Shown: positions 8,745 to 19,617 of the stretch, piece by piece
How the letters are laid out: every line of letters begins with the position of its first letter
How positions within the stretch are numbered: the first letter of the stretch is position 1
DNA from: a candidate division WOR-3 bacterium
Lineage (GTDB): Bacteria > Hydrothermota > Tepidihabitantia > SM23-42 > CAYGYG01
DNA length: 64,000 nt
Assembly: GCA_965648915.1 (NCBI GenBank)
Contig: CBFGIV010000002.1
Coordinates: 583 to 64,582 of the forward strand
Direction of reading: 5' to 3'
The notes under the pieces: generated by a model
What the model saw: the letters and a program-made list of their open reading frames with translations, nothing else
The model's database searches: none
What the model was told of the DNA's origin: nothing
Program-made: the position numbers and the translations under genes

Positions 8745-10572
8745 TTACATCCGATGGGGTTATACCTGAGATTCTTGAAGCTTGACCAAGGTTGGCTGGC
8801 TGGATCTTTGAGAGTTTTGCTCTCGCTTCATTCGAAAGTCCGGGCACTTTATTAAAATCGACCCAGGGGGGGATCTTTCTTGCCTCCATTTCAGAAAATT
8901 TCTTGGCCAGTTCTTCATCTCTCCTGATATATCCTTCGTATTTAATCCTGATCTCGACTTTGCGGCTGAGATCAGGGGGCAGAGATCCTTTGCCGTCCAT
9001 CCGGGTGATATCTTCATATCTTACCTTTGGTCTTTTTAATATTGTGGCGAGTGGGAGATGCTGATCGACCGGGGTTTCACCGATTGCCTCAAGGATCGGA
9101 TTTATTCGGGCAGGATCAAGGCGTGTCTGGCCCAGCCTTCGGATCTCTTCCTCGACCATAAGCCATTGCTCTTTCTGTTCATTAAATTCTCTTTCACTGA
9201 TCAGACCGAATCTTCGACCATAGGGCATCAATCTTTCGAGGACATTGTCAATTCTTAAAAGCAAACGGTGTTCAGCCCGGGAAGTAAACATACGATAAGG
9301 TTCTTCAGTCCCCTTTAAGACCAGATCGTCGATCAGGACACCGATGTAGGCTTCGGACCTCTTGAGCACAAACGGTTCCTCGCCCCTGATCTTCAGAACC
9401 GCATTGACACCCGCCATAAATCCCTGGGCAGCCGCTTCTTCATAACCCGAGGTGCCATTTATCTGTCCGGCAAGAAATAGATTTTGAATCAGTTTGGTCT
9501 CGAGGTTATGGCGTAACTGGGTGGGCAAGACATAGTCGTATTCAACTGCATAACCGGGCCTGAGGATTTCAGCCCTCTCCAGCCCCTTAATTGAATTGAC
9601 CATTGCTACTTGGACATCAAAGGGCAGAGATGTCGACAACCCATTTATATAGTATTCATTGGTATTTCTCCCTTCGGGTTCTAAGAAGATCGGATGAGTC
9701 GGTCGGTCTTTAAAGCGAAAAACCTTGTCTTCAATCGATGGGCAATATCTTGGACCAATACCTTTAATCTTACCAGAAAAGAGCGGTGAGCGACTTAAAC
9801 TCTCTTCAATTATCCGGTGGGTTCTGAGACTGGTATGGGTGATATGGCAGGGGATTTGCTCAATATTTATCTTTTCAGTCCGGAAGGAGAAAGGGAAAGG
9901 GTTTTCATCTCCGGGTTGAATCTTTAATTCGCTAAAATCTATTGTCTTACCGTCAATTCGTGGAGAGGTCCCGGTCTTAAGACGACCCAAGAATAAACCG
10001 ATATTCTGCAGGGAATCAGAAAGATTCGAAGATTCTTTCTCTCCTAATCTTCCTCCGTTAAAGGAATCGAGCCCGATATGGATAAGACCTTTTAAGAAGG
10101 TTCCGGTGGTGAGAATCACGGCCCGGGCAAAATATTCCTTATCTTTCTGGGTCTTTATTCCTGCAACCCGGTTGCCATCCCGTAATAGTTCTTTGACCTC
10201 ATCCTCTTCTATCTCAATATTTGGTTCCCTCATTAGTATCTTCTGTGCCTCTTTTTTATACTCGATCCGATCGTTCTGGGTTCGCGGCGACCAGACCGCC
10301 GGCCCTTTCCCGATATTGAGCATTCGATACTGGATGGCAGTAGCATCAGCCAGCTGACCGATCTGACCACCCATTGCATCGACCTCGAGAACCAGGTGGC
10401 CTTTGGCCAAGCCACCGATTGCTGGATTACAGGACATCTGCCCGATCATATCTTTCTGCATGGTGAAGAGGAGGGTCTTCATTCCAAGTCGAGCACTTAC
10501 CAATGAGGCCTCAATACCCGCGTGGCCACCACCAACTACAATCACATCATACATAACGATAAATTTAACCAT
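8689..10572 (-). CDS. mnmG: tRNA uridine 5-carboxymethylaminomethyl modification enzyme MnmG (GidA)
   Basis: N-terminal FAD-binding motif DVIVVGGGHAGIEA and full-length (627 aa) similarity to the GidA family. Confidence 0.9.
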   Translation of the reverse strand: MVKFIVMYDVIVVGGGHAGIEASLVSARLGMKTLLFTMQKDMIGQMSCNPAIGGLAKGHLVLEVDAMGGQIGQLADATAIQYRMLNIGKGPAVWSPRTQNDRIEYKKEAQKILMREPNIEIEEDEVKELLRDGNRVAGIKTQKDKEYFARAVILTTGTFLKGLIHIGLDSFNGGRLGEKESSNLSDSLQNIGLFLGRLKTGTSPRIDGKTIDFSELKIQPGDENPFPFSFRTEKINIEQIPCHITHTSLRTHRIIEESLSRSPLFSGKIKGIGPRYCPSIEDKVFRFKDRPTHPIFLEPEGRNTNEYYINGLSTSLPFDVQVAMVNSIKGLERAEILRPGYAVEYDYVLPTQLRHNLETKLIQNLFLAGQINGTSGYEEAAAQGFMAGVNAVLKIRGEEPFVLKRSEAYIGVLIDDLVLKGTEEPYRMFTSRAEHRLLLRIDNVLERLMPYGRRFGLISEREFNEQKEQWLMVEEEIRRLGQTRLDPARINPILEAIGETPVDQHLPLATILKRPKVRYEDITRMDGKGSLPPDLSRKVEIRIKYEGYIRRDEELAKKFSEMEARKIPPWVDFNKVPGLSNEARAKLSKIQPANLGQASRISGITPSDVIVLFYFIEKGYRDERSNH

Positions 10573-10631
10573 AAACTATCTGATGTCAAGCCAATTTACT
10601 TACTTTTGCCAGATCCCCAGATGGTTAATTC

Positions 10632-10659
10632 TTGACATATCAAGTTTTTTAACTATAAT
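10632..10659 (+). promoter_or_regulatory. Sigma-70-like promoter for topA (TTGACA 10632-10637, TATAAT 10654-10659), positioned to give a leaderless or near-leaderless transcript
   Basis: The -10 box ends 6 nt before the topA ATG at 10666, and there is no room for a Shine-Dalgarno sequence. Confidence 0.4.
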
Positions 10660-10665
10660 AAAGGT

Positions 10666-12697
10666 TATGGCTAAGAAAGCGGTAATTGTTGAATCTCCAA
10701 CCAAGGCAAAGACAATCAAAGGTTTTTTGGGCCGGGATTATCTTGTCTTATCTTCGAGCGGTCACATAAAGGATCTACCAAAATCTAAACTTGGTATAGC
10801 GATCGACAATAATTTTGAGCCGACCTATATTACAATTAAAGGAAAGAAACGGATTATTTCCGAAATTAAAAAGGCGGTCGAGAACAATGTTGATGAAGTG
10901 TATCTGGGTTGTGACCCAGATCGGGAAGGGGAGGCAATTGCTTATCATATTGCCCAGGAATTAAATTCTGATCATAGGTCAGAGACCGGGAAACCTAAAA
11001 TCCACCGTGTCCTCTTTTACGAAATTACCCCTTCCTTTGTCCGTTCAGCCCTTCTCCATCCTACCGATATCAATTTTAAGAAAGTTGATGCCCATAAGGC
11101 AAGAAGGGTGCTGGATCGTATATTTGGCTACTTTACCAGCCCCCTCCTGTGGCGCATATTGAGAAGGGGACTTTCAGCCGGCCGGGTTCAGACGGTCGCT
11201 CTCCGCCTCCTGTGTGAACGGGAAGATGAGATTATTGCTTTCAAGCCTGTTCCTTACTGGGTAGTTGAAGCGATATTCAAAACCCAGGAGAATGTTGAAA
11301 TTAAAACTTCCCTTCATTCAATTAAAGGGAAGAGCCAGCGGATCGAGGATGAGGAGATTTTAGACCAGATAAAGCGGAAACTTAAACCGGGGACCGGATT
11401 TACAATAAAAAAGTTTGAGATTTCGGAAAGGAGACAGCGGCCCGCTCCACCATATATCACCTCAACCCTTCAGCAGGAAGCAATCCGGCGTTTCAATTTT
11501 TCCGCCAGTAAGACAATGCGCATTGCTCAGGCATTATACGAAGGGGTTGAACTTAAAGAGGGTCGAATCGGTCTTATAACCTATATGCGGACTGACTCCC
11601 GGAGGGTGGCCGATGCCGCAATTGCTGAATTAAGACGTTTTATTAGAGACAATTTTAGTAAAGAATATATAAGCCCGACCATACATAAATATAAAGATCG
11701 CAAGACTTCAGAAGGCGCACATGAAGCGATTCGACCGACCAGCATCCTCCGGACGCCGGCATCAGTAAAAGAGTACCTTGATGAAGACCAGTACAAATTA
11801 TATAGTATGATCTACGAAAAGTTTCTTGCCACCCAGATGTCGGATGCGGTCTATAGAGTCAAAGAGGTCATTGTTCAATCACCAGATGGAGAATTTGAAT
11901 TCAGGGCGGTATCTACCCAGTTACAATTCCCGGGATATCTTAAGGCCTTCTCGGATTTCGAAAGATTGAAACCGGCCGAAGAAGATAGCCTCCCTGATCT
12001 TAAGACCGGGGAGAAGGTAACCCTGATTAAACTTATCGACGAAAAGAGGTTTACTGAACCACCGGCTCGATATTCAGAGGCCAGCCTGATCAAGAAACTC
12101 GAAATCAATGGTATCGGGCGCCCCTCCACCTATGCCAAGATTATTCAGACCCTTTTCGATCGACAATATATTGAAAAAGACCGTGGGCGACTTGTGCCCA
12201 CCGAATTGGGCATGACCGTTATCAGGATACTGATAAAGAAATTTTCGAATGTCTTTGATCTCTCCTTTACCGCAGGGATGGAAAAGGAACTCGATATGGT
12301 TGAAGAGGGTGATAAATCCTGGCAGGAGGTGGTAAGAAAATTCTATGAGCCATTTATTATCGATGTTAAAGAGTTTGAATCGGCCTCGGCCGAAATCAAG
12401 AAGAGTTTGATAACTAAAACCGAAAGGACCTGTCCTAAATGCGGAAGCGATTTAATCATCAAATGGGGAAAGTACGGTAAGTTCTACTCCTGCGATAAGT
12501 TTCCCGAATGTAAATATACTGAGCCGATCGAGCAGAAATTGAAGGTTTGCCCTAAGTGTAATAGCCCGATGTTATTAAAGAAAGGAAAATTTGGTCGTTT
12601 CTATGCCTGCACCCGATTCCCGGAATGCAGGCATACTGAAAGATATTCGACCGGGCGTCATTACTATGGGGATTCCAGTGATGGATCCGGGGAATGA
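10666..12697 (+). CDS. topA: DNA topoisomerase I. The ORF-track entry 10403.. is an upstream in-frame extension; the real start is MAKKAVIVESPTKAK at 10666.
   Basis: Toprim N-terminus (VIVESPTKAKTI...GHIKDLP), a catalytic Tyr region, and three C-terminal C4 zinc ribbons (CPKCGSD..., CPKCNSP...). Confidence 0.9.
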
Positions 12698-12723
12698 ATA
12701 AGAAACCATAGGGTAAATTTAAG

Positions 12724-13191
12724 ATGTCCTTAACCTATAGTCTCCAGTGTCTCGAGATGGAAGATGTGAAAGATTTTGAAGTCAGTCCTGAAGAACTCGA
12801 GTTAACCAAACCCCGGGTGAAAGAAAATATCAAGGCACATCTTGAGATACTCAGAGGTAGTAACTTTGTGCGGGTTCAGGGCACAGTCGAAGCAATTATC
12901 ATAACTAACTGTTCAAGATGCCTTGAAGAGATTCTATTTCTAATAAGAGAGAATTTTAAACTTGACTACATATTAGGTAGAGACCCCTATGCATTACGCG
13001 AGCGGGTTGAACTTAAAGATGAAGATATTGATCGGGTTTATTTTCAGGGAGACACAATTGATCTCGGTATCGGCATCCGGGAAACCATTGTTCTGGCCAC
13101 GCCCATTGCGCCGCTCTGCCGACAGGACTGTTCTGGTATCTGCCCCAGGTGCGGGAAGAATCTGAATCAAGGAAAGTGTGAATGCAAATAG
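12724..13191 (+). CDS. YceD/DUF177 family protein (23S rRNA accumulation protein-like)
   Basis: C-terminal CxxC...CxxC motif (CRQDCSGICPRCGKNLNQGKCEC) and a size typical of DUF177 proteins. The usual rpmF/plsX neighbours are absent. Confidence 0.6.
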   Translation: MSLTYSLQCLEMEDVKDFEVSPEELELTKPRVKENIKAHLEILRGSNFVRVQGTVEAIIITNCSRCLEEILFLIRENFKLDYILGRDPYALRERVELKDEDIDRVYFQGDTIDLGIGIRETIVLATPIAPLCRQDCSGICPRCGKNLNQGKCECK

Positions 13192-13303
13192 AAGCAGATT
13201 CTAAAATTCGGCGTTCTAAATATGAAACAAACTATAAATTTTTAAATTTCAATTTTAAAAATTCATCCTTGAGAATTATGCCATCCTGAAGGATTGAGAG
13301 ATT

Positions 13304-13984
13304 ATGTCGATAAGGATTTTAAATCCGGCCGATTTGGCAAAGTTGATCGATCATACGATCCTTAAAACCGAGGCGACGCAAGATGATATTATCCGGCTTT
13401 GCCGCGAAGCTAAGGAATATGGTTTTTATTCAGTCTGTGTCAATCCTTGCTGGATTGATATTGCCCGTAAAAATTTAATCCCAGAAATTAAGATTACGAG
13501 CGTTGTCGGCTTTCCCCTCGGTGCCACTTCGATTGCAAATAAAAAGTTTGAGACACGTGACAATATTGATCGCGGTGCTGATGAAATTGATATGGTTATG
13601 AATGTAGGAAAGTTCAAAAACCGAGATTTAAATTATGTTAAAGATGAGATTGCAACGGTGGTCGAGGCAGCACAAGGCCATATTGTCAAAGTCATCATCG
13701 AAACCTGCCTCCTGACCGATGATGAGAAGAGTCAGGCGGCAAAGATTATAATGGAGTGCGGTGCCCATTTTGTTAAGACCTCAACCGGTTTTAATTTGAG
13801 AGGGGCTGAAGTTGCCGATATCCTGCTCCTGCGTAAAACGGTCGGTCCTGATTTTGGGATAAAGGCATCGGGCGGAATCCGTGACTACAAAACCTGCCTT
13901 TCGATGATTGAGGCCGGTGCCACTCGGATTGGAACCTCGGCCTCGATCAAGATTATCGAAGAGGCGATTAAAAAAAATATTTGA
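13304..13984 (+). CDS. deoC: Deoxyribose-phosphate aldolase
   Basis: DeoC motifs (IDHTILK, VCVNP, VVGFPLG, the Schiff-base Lys region KTSTGF), 226 aa. Confidence 0.85.
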   Translation: MSIRILNPADLAKLIDHTILKTEATQDDIIRLCREAKEYGFYSVCVNPCWIDIARKNLIPEIKITSVVGFPLGATSIANKKFETRDNIDRGADEIDMVMNVGKFKNRDLNYVKDEIATVVEAAQGHIVKVIIETCLLTDDEKSQAAKIIMECGAHFVKTSTGFNLRGAEVADILLLRKTVGPDFGIKASGGIRDYKTCLSMIEAGATRIGTSASIKIIEEAIKKNI

Positions 13985-14022
13985 CATCTTTTAAATTTTG
14001 AATAAAATAGAACAACTTTTTA

Positions 14023-15453
14023 ATGAATATTGAACTTTTGGTTATTTTAACAATCTTTGTCCCAATAATCGGTTCATTGACCATCCCCTTAGCGGGGCTA
14101 ATATCAAAATCGGCCCGTTCTTGCTGGTCGATCCTGTTGGGTGTCGTGACTGCAATTCTTCCCCTCTTATTGATACCGTTTGTCTTAAATGGTGGAGTGC
14201 ATACTTTTGGTCGTCCCCTGACCATGGGAATGGATTTTTACCTGATTGTTGATGGGCTCTCGGTCTTTATGTCTATCGTCTCTTCCTTTATTGGCATGCT
14301 CATTATCGTCTATTCTATCGGTTATGTAAGTCATGATGAGAATCAGAATGAATACTACCTAATGGTCCTTCTCTTCATCGGTTCAATGATGGGATTGGTC
14401 TATTCGGCAAATCTGATATTTATGTACCTCTTCTGGGAGATCACAGCGATCTGCTCCTGGCGACTGGTCGGTTTTTATCGAGACAAGATTCACATTATCA
14501 AGGCGGATAAGACCTTTCTGGTTACATTTTTTGGTGCGGTCGTGATGCTCTTCGGTTTCATTCAGATTTATAATCAGACCCAGACCTTTAATATCCTGTC
14601 GATGCGCGGGACCCTGGTCCCTGGTTCGGCGGTATTACTGATTTTAATCGGAATGTTTGCTAAATCGGCAACCGTGCCGATTCAGACCTGGTTGCCGGAT
14701 GCGGGTGTTGCTCCGAGCACGGTCACAGCATTATTGCATGCAGCGGTCCTGGTCAAGATCGGGGTATATGCCTATGCCCGAATTTTCAATTACACATTTG
14801 CCATCCCGGAGGGCTGGCAGGTTGCTATCCCAATCCTGGCGGTGATTTCCAGTCTGGTCGCGGCCGGTGCAGCAACCGTGGAGAATGACTTAAAGAGAAT
14901 TCTGGCCTATTCCACGGTTAGCCAGATCGGTTACATCTTTCTCGGCCTGAGTGTTCTGGAACCAACAGCAGTTACCGGCGCGATATTATACCTCTTAATG
15001 CACGGCCTGGCCAAAGGCGGATTGTTTCTTTGTGCGGGTATTATCGAACATAATGCTCATACCAAGGATATCCGGCACCTTGGTGGTTTGATAAAAACAA
15101 TGCCCATCACCGCGATTGCTTTTTTAATTTCGGCATTTTCGGTTATTGGTATTCCGCCAATGGGGGGATTCTTTTCAAAATTTATGGTGATCTTTGGAAC
15201 GGTAAAATCGGGCAATGTTGGTCTCGCAGCGGTTGCCCTCTTTACTGCAGTGATGACCGCGTTTTATCTCTATCGGGTCTTCAGTATGGTCTTTCTTGGT
15301 GAGGCAAAGATCACAGTCAAAGAGGGAACAAATTCGATGATCTTTGTTGTTTCGGTCCTTGCCCTTCTTTCAATCCTCACGGGTATTTTTATCACTTACC
15401 CAATGAAATTAGCAAATATTGCAACCCTTGAAATTCTGAGGTTGAAACCATGA
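14023..15453 (+). CDS. Group-4 hydrogenase membrane subunit, Mrp/NuoN/HyfB-like antiporter-type
   Basis: About 14 TM segments and the conserved WLPDAGVAPSTVTALLHAAVLVK motif of the complex-I antiporter superfamily. First gene of the operon. A putative promoter (TTGACA...TAAAAT) overlaps the deoC stop. Confidence 0.8.
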   Translation: MNIELLVILTIFVPIIGSLTIPLAGLISKSARSCWSILLGVVTAILPLLLIPFVLNGGVHTFGRPLTMGMDFYLIVDGLSVFMSIVSSFIGMLIIVYSIGYVSHDENQNEYYLMVLLFIGSMMGLVYSANLIFMYLFWEITAICSWRLVGFYRDKIHIIKADKTFLVTFFGAVVMLFGFIQIYNQTQTFNILSMRGTLVPGSAVLLILIGMFAKSATVPIQTWLPDAGVAPSTVTALLHAAVLVKIGVYAYARIFNYTFAIPEGWQVAIPILAVISSLVAAGAATVENDLKRILAYSTVSQIGYIFLGLSVLEPTAVTGAILYLLMHGLAKGGLFLCAGIIEHNAHTKDIRHLGGLIKTMPITAIAFLISAFSVIGIPPMGGFFSKFMVIFGTVKSGNVGLAAVALFTAVMTAFYLYRVFSMVFLGEAKITVKEGTNSMIFVVSVLALLSILTGIFITYPMKLANIATLEILRLKP

Positions 15454-17330
15454 ACCCCCAGCTACTCTTGGTGCCTATATTGTTGCCCGTATTCCTGGCA
15501 ATCATAACATTTATAATTCCCAGGACGGTAAGAGGGGTGAGAGAAACCATTACCCTCCTTGGCTTGATAATCGGCGTCTATATCGCCTGGTTTCTGTTCG
15601 GTTGCCGGAATTTAACTCTCAGCCTGGACTGGATTGATGGGCTTGGTTTTGACCTGAGGCTCTATCACTTCAGTGGCTTTACCCTTCTCTGGATAAATAT
15701 CTTCGGATTTTTAATATCTCTCTATTCAGTGATAAAAATGGCCAGTCATAAGCGAGTAAATGAATATTATTTATACCTCCTCCTCACCCTCGCTTTTGCT
15801 AATGGCGCAATTCTGGCCGATAATTTCCTTGTTTTATTATTCTTCTGGGAAGGTTTGTTACTGACGCTTTACGGATTTATTACCCTGGGTAGTACGGAAA
15901 ATACGCAGCGCACCGCAATCAAGGCATTCATCATCAACGGTTTTTGCGACTTCTGTATGATCCTCGGAATTTCTATATTCTGGGCGATTACGGGCAAGGC
16001 GAAATTCACGGAGATTGCTCAGAACCCTATCCAGCCTGTTGGTCTGGGTATGGCAAGTTTCATCCTCATCCTGATCGGTGCCTTAGGTAAAGGCGGTTCA
16101 CTCCCCTTCCATACCTGGATTCCGGATGCGGCAATTGATGCGCCGGTTTCGTTTATGGCCTTCTTACCCGGTGCCCTTGAGAAACTTTTGGGCATTTATC
16201 TGGCAAGCAAGGTTGCGCTTGAACTGTTCGTTATTGAGCCGAACAGTCCGATGTCAATTTTAATGATGACGATTGGCGGAATTACGATTGTCCTCGCCGT
16301 CTTGATGGCTTTGATCCAGAAGGATTATAAAAAATTATTGTCCTTTCATGCAATCAGCCAGTATGGTTATATGATTCTCGGGATTGGCACCGCACTACCG
16401 ATTGGTATCGTTGGTGGTATCTTTCATATGCTCAATAATGCGATATACAAATCGGGCCTCTTTATGGTCGCGGGTGCAGTTGAGCATCGGACAGGAACGA
16501 CTGAATTGAAGAGACTGGGTGGACTGAGAGGAGATATGCCGATAACGGCCCTTTGCTATCTTGTGCTGGCCGCAGCGATATCCGGGATCTGGCCCTTAAA
16601 TGGATTTGTATCGAAGGAGATGGTAATACACGGTGCCTACGAGACCGGATTTATAATCTTTGCCCTTTTCGGCTGGGTTGGTGCCATCTTTACCTTTGCT
16701 TCGTTCTTAAAAGCGGGACATTCAATATTTCTCGGTCCGAGGAGCAGAGAGGTTCCGAAGATAAGAGAGTGTGAATCGCCCTTCCTTATTCCAATGGTTA
16801 TAATGGCAATACTCTCGATCATCTTCGGCGTTTATAACTATCTGCCGCTGAAACTCTTTTTAGAACCGATTATTGCAGGTCGGATCATGGCCGGTGAACA
16901 TATTGATATTGATTTTTCCACCCATGCCCTTGACCTGATGAGCCCGATTGCATCAGTTTCGATATTTATGCTTCTTATTGCTCTCTCCATTCACCTCTAC
17001 GGCTGGAACCGGGCCGAGAAGCAGGCGCATCAAGCCTCGGAAGTGATTCATAAACTGCCCATCATCAGAACCCTTTATGATTGGTCAGAGGCGAGATTTT
17101 TTGATATCTATGAGCAGGGAATAAAATTCTTAAAAGGGCTCGCCCGTATGCTATATGTCGCAATAGACAGGCCGGTTGACTATTTCTATGAGAAGATCAT
17201 AACGGTTCCTGGTCAGATAGGCACAAAAATCTTCCAGTATGCCCATAATGGCCATTATGCCAACTATTTAGCTTGGTGTGTTGCGGGATTGGTTATTATT
17301 ATTTATGTCTTACTATCTCTTATAAGGTGA
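15450..17330 (+). CDS. Group-4 hydrogenase membrane subunit, NuoL/MrpA-like antiporter-type (long form)
   Basis: FHTWIPDAAIDAPVSFMAFLPGA motif. 626 aa with a C-terminal extension. ATGA overlap with the upstream gene. Confidence 0.8.
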   Translation: MNPQLLLVPILLPVFLAIITFIIPRTVRGVRETITLLGLIIGVYIAWFLFGCRNLTLSLDWIDGLGFDLRLYHFSGFTLLWINIFGFLISLYSVIKMASHKRVNEYYLYLLLTLAFANGAILADNFLVLLFFWEGLLLTLYGFITLGSTENTQRTAIKAFIINGFCDFCMILGISIFWAITGKAKFTEIAQNPIQPVGLGMASFILILIGALGKGGSLPFHTWIPDAAIDAPVSFMAFLPGALEKLLGIYLASKVALELFVIEPNSPMSILMMTIGGITIVLAVLMALIQKDYKKLLSFHAISQYGYMILGIGTALPIGIVGGIFHMLNNAIYKSGLFMVAGAVEHRTGTTELKRLGGLRGDMPITALCYLVLAAAISGIWPLNGFVSKEMVIHGAYETGFIIFALFGWVGAIFTFASFLKAGHSIFLGPRSREVPKIRECESPFLIPMVIMAILSIIFGVYNYLPLKLFLEPIIAGRIMAGEHIDIDFSTHALDLMSPIASVSIFMLLIALSIHLYGWNRAEKQAHQASEVIHKLPIIRTLYDWSEARFFDIYEQGIKFLKGLARMLYVAIDRPVDYFYEKIITVPGQIGTKIFQYAHNGHYANYLAWCVAGLVIIIYVLLSLIR

Positions 17331-17340
17331 AGAGGAATTT

Positions 17341-18810
17341 ATGATTGTGCTCTTTATTATCCTCCCCTTTGTCCTGGCGGCAGTTCTGCCCCTGATTGAA
17401 AAATTGTCCCGTCGGTTTCTTCCGGATCTATTAACCAATGCGGGGATTCTCTTTTTACTTATCTATACAATCGGCCCAGCCCGGCAGATGTTCGGTGCCC
17501 GGCAACTACAGTGGTTTAACGAACCATTGAATATGGTTATCAGCCTTGATAGTTTCAGTCTCTTTATCCTTTTCACCATCTATCTGGTAAGTTTTGGAGT
17601 TACACTCTTCTCGATTGACTATATGGAGCATTATACATCGAAGGGGATCTTCTATGCCCTCTTCTTAATCATGATTGGTGGGATGAGCGGGCTGGTCTTG
17701 GCGGTGGATCTATTTACAATCTATATCTTTCTTGAGATTGCAGCCATCTCTTCATACGGACTTGTTGCCTATGGCCTGGGCCACGATGAACTGGAGGCAT
17801 CATTCAAATATCTGATGCTCTCGGCAGTAGCGACGGCGTTCTTGCTATTAGGAATTACTCTCATTTTTGGGATTTCCGGCAATCTCCAACTGGATAGTAT
17901 CGCCCGGACATTTGCGGCGGGTGAACTTAAATCTATTCTCAGTGTCTGTATCGGATTCTTCATCTTTGGTTTTGGTCTGAAGGCAGCGCTGGTACCTTTC
18001 CATTCCTGGCTGCCCGATGCCCACCCCAGTGCACCGGCACCGATCTCGGCGATGCTTTCTGGTCTGTTGATAAAAGTCTCCGGGGTATATGCATTGACCA
18101 GGATTTTCCTGAATGTTTTTGGCCTGACCCCGGCCCTTTCCGGATTGCTGATGTATCTCGGCATCATCTCCATTCTGGTTGGTGCCTTACTCGCCCTCGG
18201 TCAGAGTGACATAAAACGGATGCTCGCATATTCATCGATCAGTCAGGTTGGTTATATCATTCTTGGTATCGGTGCGGGAACGAAGTTTGCACTGATGGGT
18301 GCATTATTCCATATATTGAACCATGCTCTGGCTAAAGGGTTGTTGTTTTTGAATTCTGGTTCAGTTGAGCATGCCACCGGCACCAGGGATTTAAATAAGA
18401 TGGGTGGTCTGGGCCGGAAGTTACCGGTTACTACCGCAACTTCGGTTGTTGGTTCACTGGCAGTTAGTGGCGTCCCACCCTTAAATGGATTCTGGAGCAA
18501 ATTATTCATCATTATCGGTCTGTTTGAAGCCCGGGCCTACGGTTTTGCCTTTATCGCCATCCTGGCAAGTGTGGTTACACTATGGTATTATATAATAATC
18601 CAGCGTCGGGCCTTCTTTGGCAAATTGAATCAGACCTGGCGAGAGGTGAAAGAGGTTCCTTTCTGGATGGCACTTTCGACGATATTTATTGCCCTGGTCT
18701 GTATCATATTTGGTATTGCATTTCCGTTTATCCTGTCGAAATGGATAGCACCGGCGGCGGCGATCTTGAAAGCGGGTGTTTTATCCAGCGTTCACAATCT
18801 GGGACTTTAG
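17341..18810 (+). CDS. Group-4 hydrogenase membrane subunit, NuoM/MrpD-like antiporter-type
   Basis: HSWLPDAHPSAPAPISAMLSGLLIK motif, 489 aa. Confidence 0.8.
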   Translation: MIVLFIILPFVLAAVLPLIEKLSRRFLPDLLTNAGILFLLIYTIGPARQMFGARQLQWFNEPLNMVISLDSFSLFILFTIYLVSFGVTLFSIDYMEHYTSKGIFYALFLIMIGGMSGLVLAVDLFTIYIFLEIAAISSYGLVAYGLGHDELEASFKYLMLSAVATAFLLLGITLIFGISGNLQLDSIARTFAAGELKSILSVCIGFFIFGFGLKAALVPFHSWLPDAHPSAPAPISAMLSGLLIKVSGVYALTRIFLNVFGLTPALSGLLMYLGIISILVGALLALGQSDIKRMLAYSSISQVGYIILGIGAGTKFALMGALFHILNHALAKGLLFLNSGSVEHATGTRDLNKMGGLGRKLPVTTATSVVGSLAVSGVPPLNGFWSKLFIIIGLFEARAYGFAFIAILASVVTLWYYIIIQRRAFFGKLNQTWREVKEVPFWMALSTIFIALVCIIFGIAFPFILSKWIAPAAAILKAGVLSSVHNLGL

Positions 18811-18828
18811 GAGTTAATATGCAGGCGT

Positions 18829-19304
18829 TATATTTAATATCCTTATGCGGACTGACTCTATTCTCTATCTTTGCAATATTGAGCAAGGATCTGCTCAAGG
18901 CGGCACTCAGTCTGATGGCGGCGAGTATCTTTCTTGCCGTCGTATTCTTTTTTATGCGCGCCTATTATGCGGGTGTATTTGAGATTTCGGTGGTGGCCGG
19001 TTTGATTACAGTCCTTTTTGTCTCAACCATAGGTTTGACCCGGGGCGAAGATGTGGCCGAGAGTAAATTACCGCGTATCATCTTTCCTTTATTCTTTATC
19101 TGGTTTATTGCTCTCGACCTCTTGATTATGTATGCGCTTTTGAGTAAATATTCACTTTCCCAGACCCGGGTCCAGGAAGCGGCCGGTTTTGGCCAGATCT
19201 TCTGGACCAAAAGGACTTTTGACCTCGTCGGCCAGATTGGCATAATCTTTGCCGGGGTCTTCTCGGTTTTAGCCCTGTTCCGAAAGAGAGATAAGAATGG
19301 TTAA
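18829..19304 (+). CDS. MrpB/MnhB-domain small membrane subunit. The ORF-track entry 18582.. runs through the previous gene; the start is taken at the ATG at 18829, which has a GGAG RBS.
   Basis: Four predicted TM helices and an MnhB-like pattern (MQALYLISLCGLTLF...). Confidence 0.55.
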
Positions 19305-19614
19305 TCTGATCAGTGACTGGTATTTTAATATTGCCTTCTGTGGAATACTCTTCTTTATTGGATTATACTGTCTTCTTTCGATGCGGAATCTAATTAAACT
19401 TCTAATCGGGATTGAGGTTATTGCCAAAGGTATCACCCTGGCGATAATCTCAACCGCCAATGCTAAGGGGTTTATCTTTACCGGACAGTGTTTAGCGATT
19501 ACTTTTATTGTGATTGAGGTTAGTGTCGTGGCGGTTGCCCTCGCAATCATCATTAACATATATCGACACACCCGCAGTCTTGACATTAGAAAATTGACGA
19601 AGTTGAAAGGATAA
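19297..19614 (+). CDS. NuoK/MrpC-like small membrane subunit
   Basis: 105 aa with three TM helices. Motif LIKLLIGIEVIAKGITLAII resembles NuoK/MnhC. Confidence 0.6.
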   Translation: MVNLISDWYFNIAFCGILFFIGLYCLLSMRNLIKLLIGIEVIAKGITLAIISTANAKGFIFTGQCLAITFIVIEVSVVAVALAIIINIYRHTRSLDIRKLTKLKG

Positions 19615-19617
19615 TAA

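Noticed and set aside
10403-10665. 5' extension of the topA ORF in the six-frame track (MAKPPIAGLQD...)
   Set aside because: The extension overlaps the mnmG start region on the other strand and lies upstream of the TTGACA/TATAAT promoter. The conserved Toprim N-terminus begins at the ATG at 10666.
18582-18828. Long form of the MrpB-like ORF starting inside the preceding antiporter gene
   Set aside because: It runs out of frame through the 3' end of the NuoM-like gene. The ATG at 18829 has a GGAG RBS and begins the hydrophobic MrpB-like domain.
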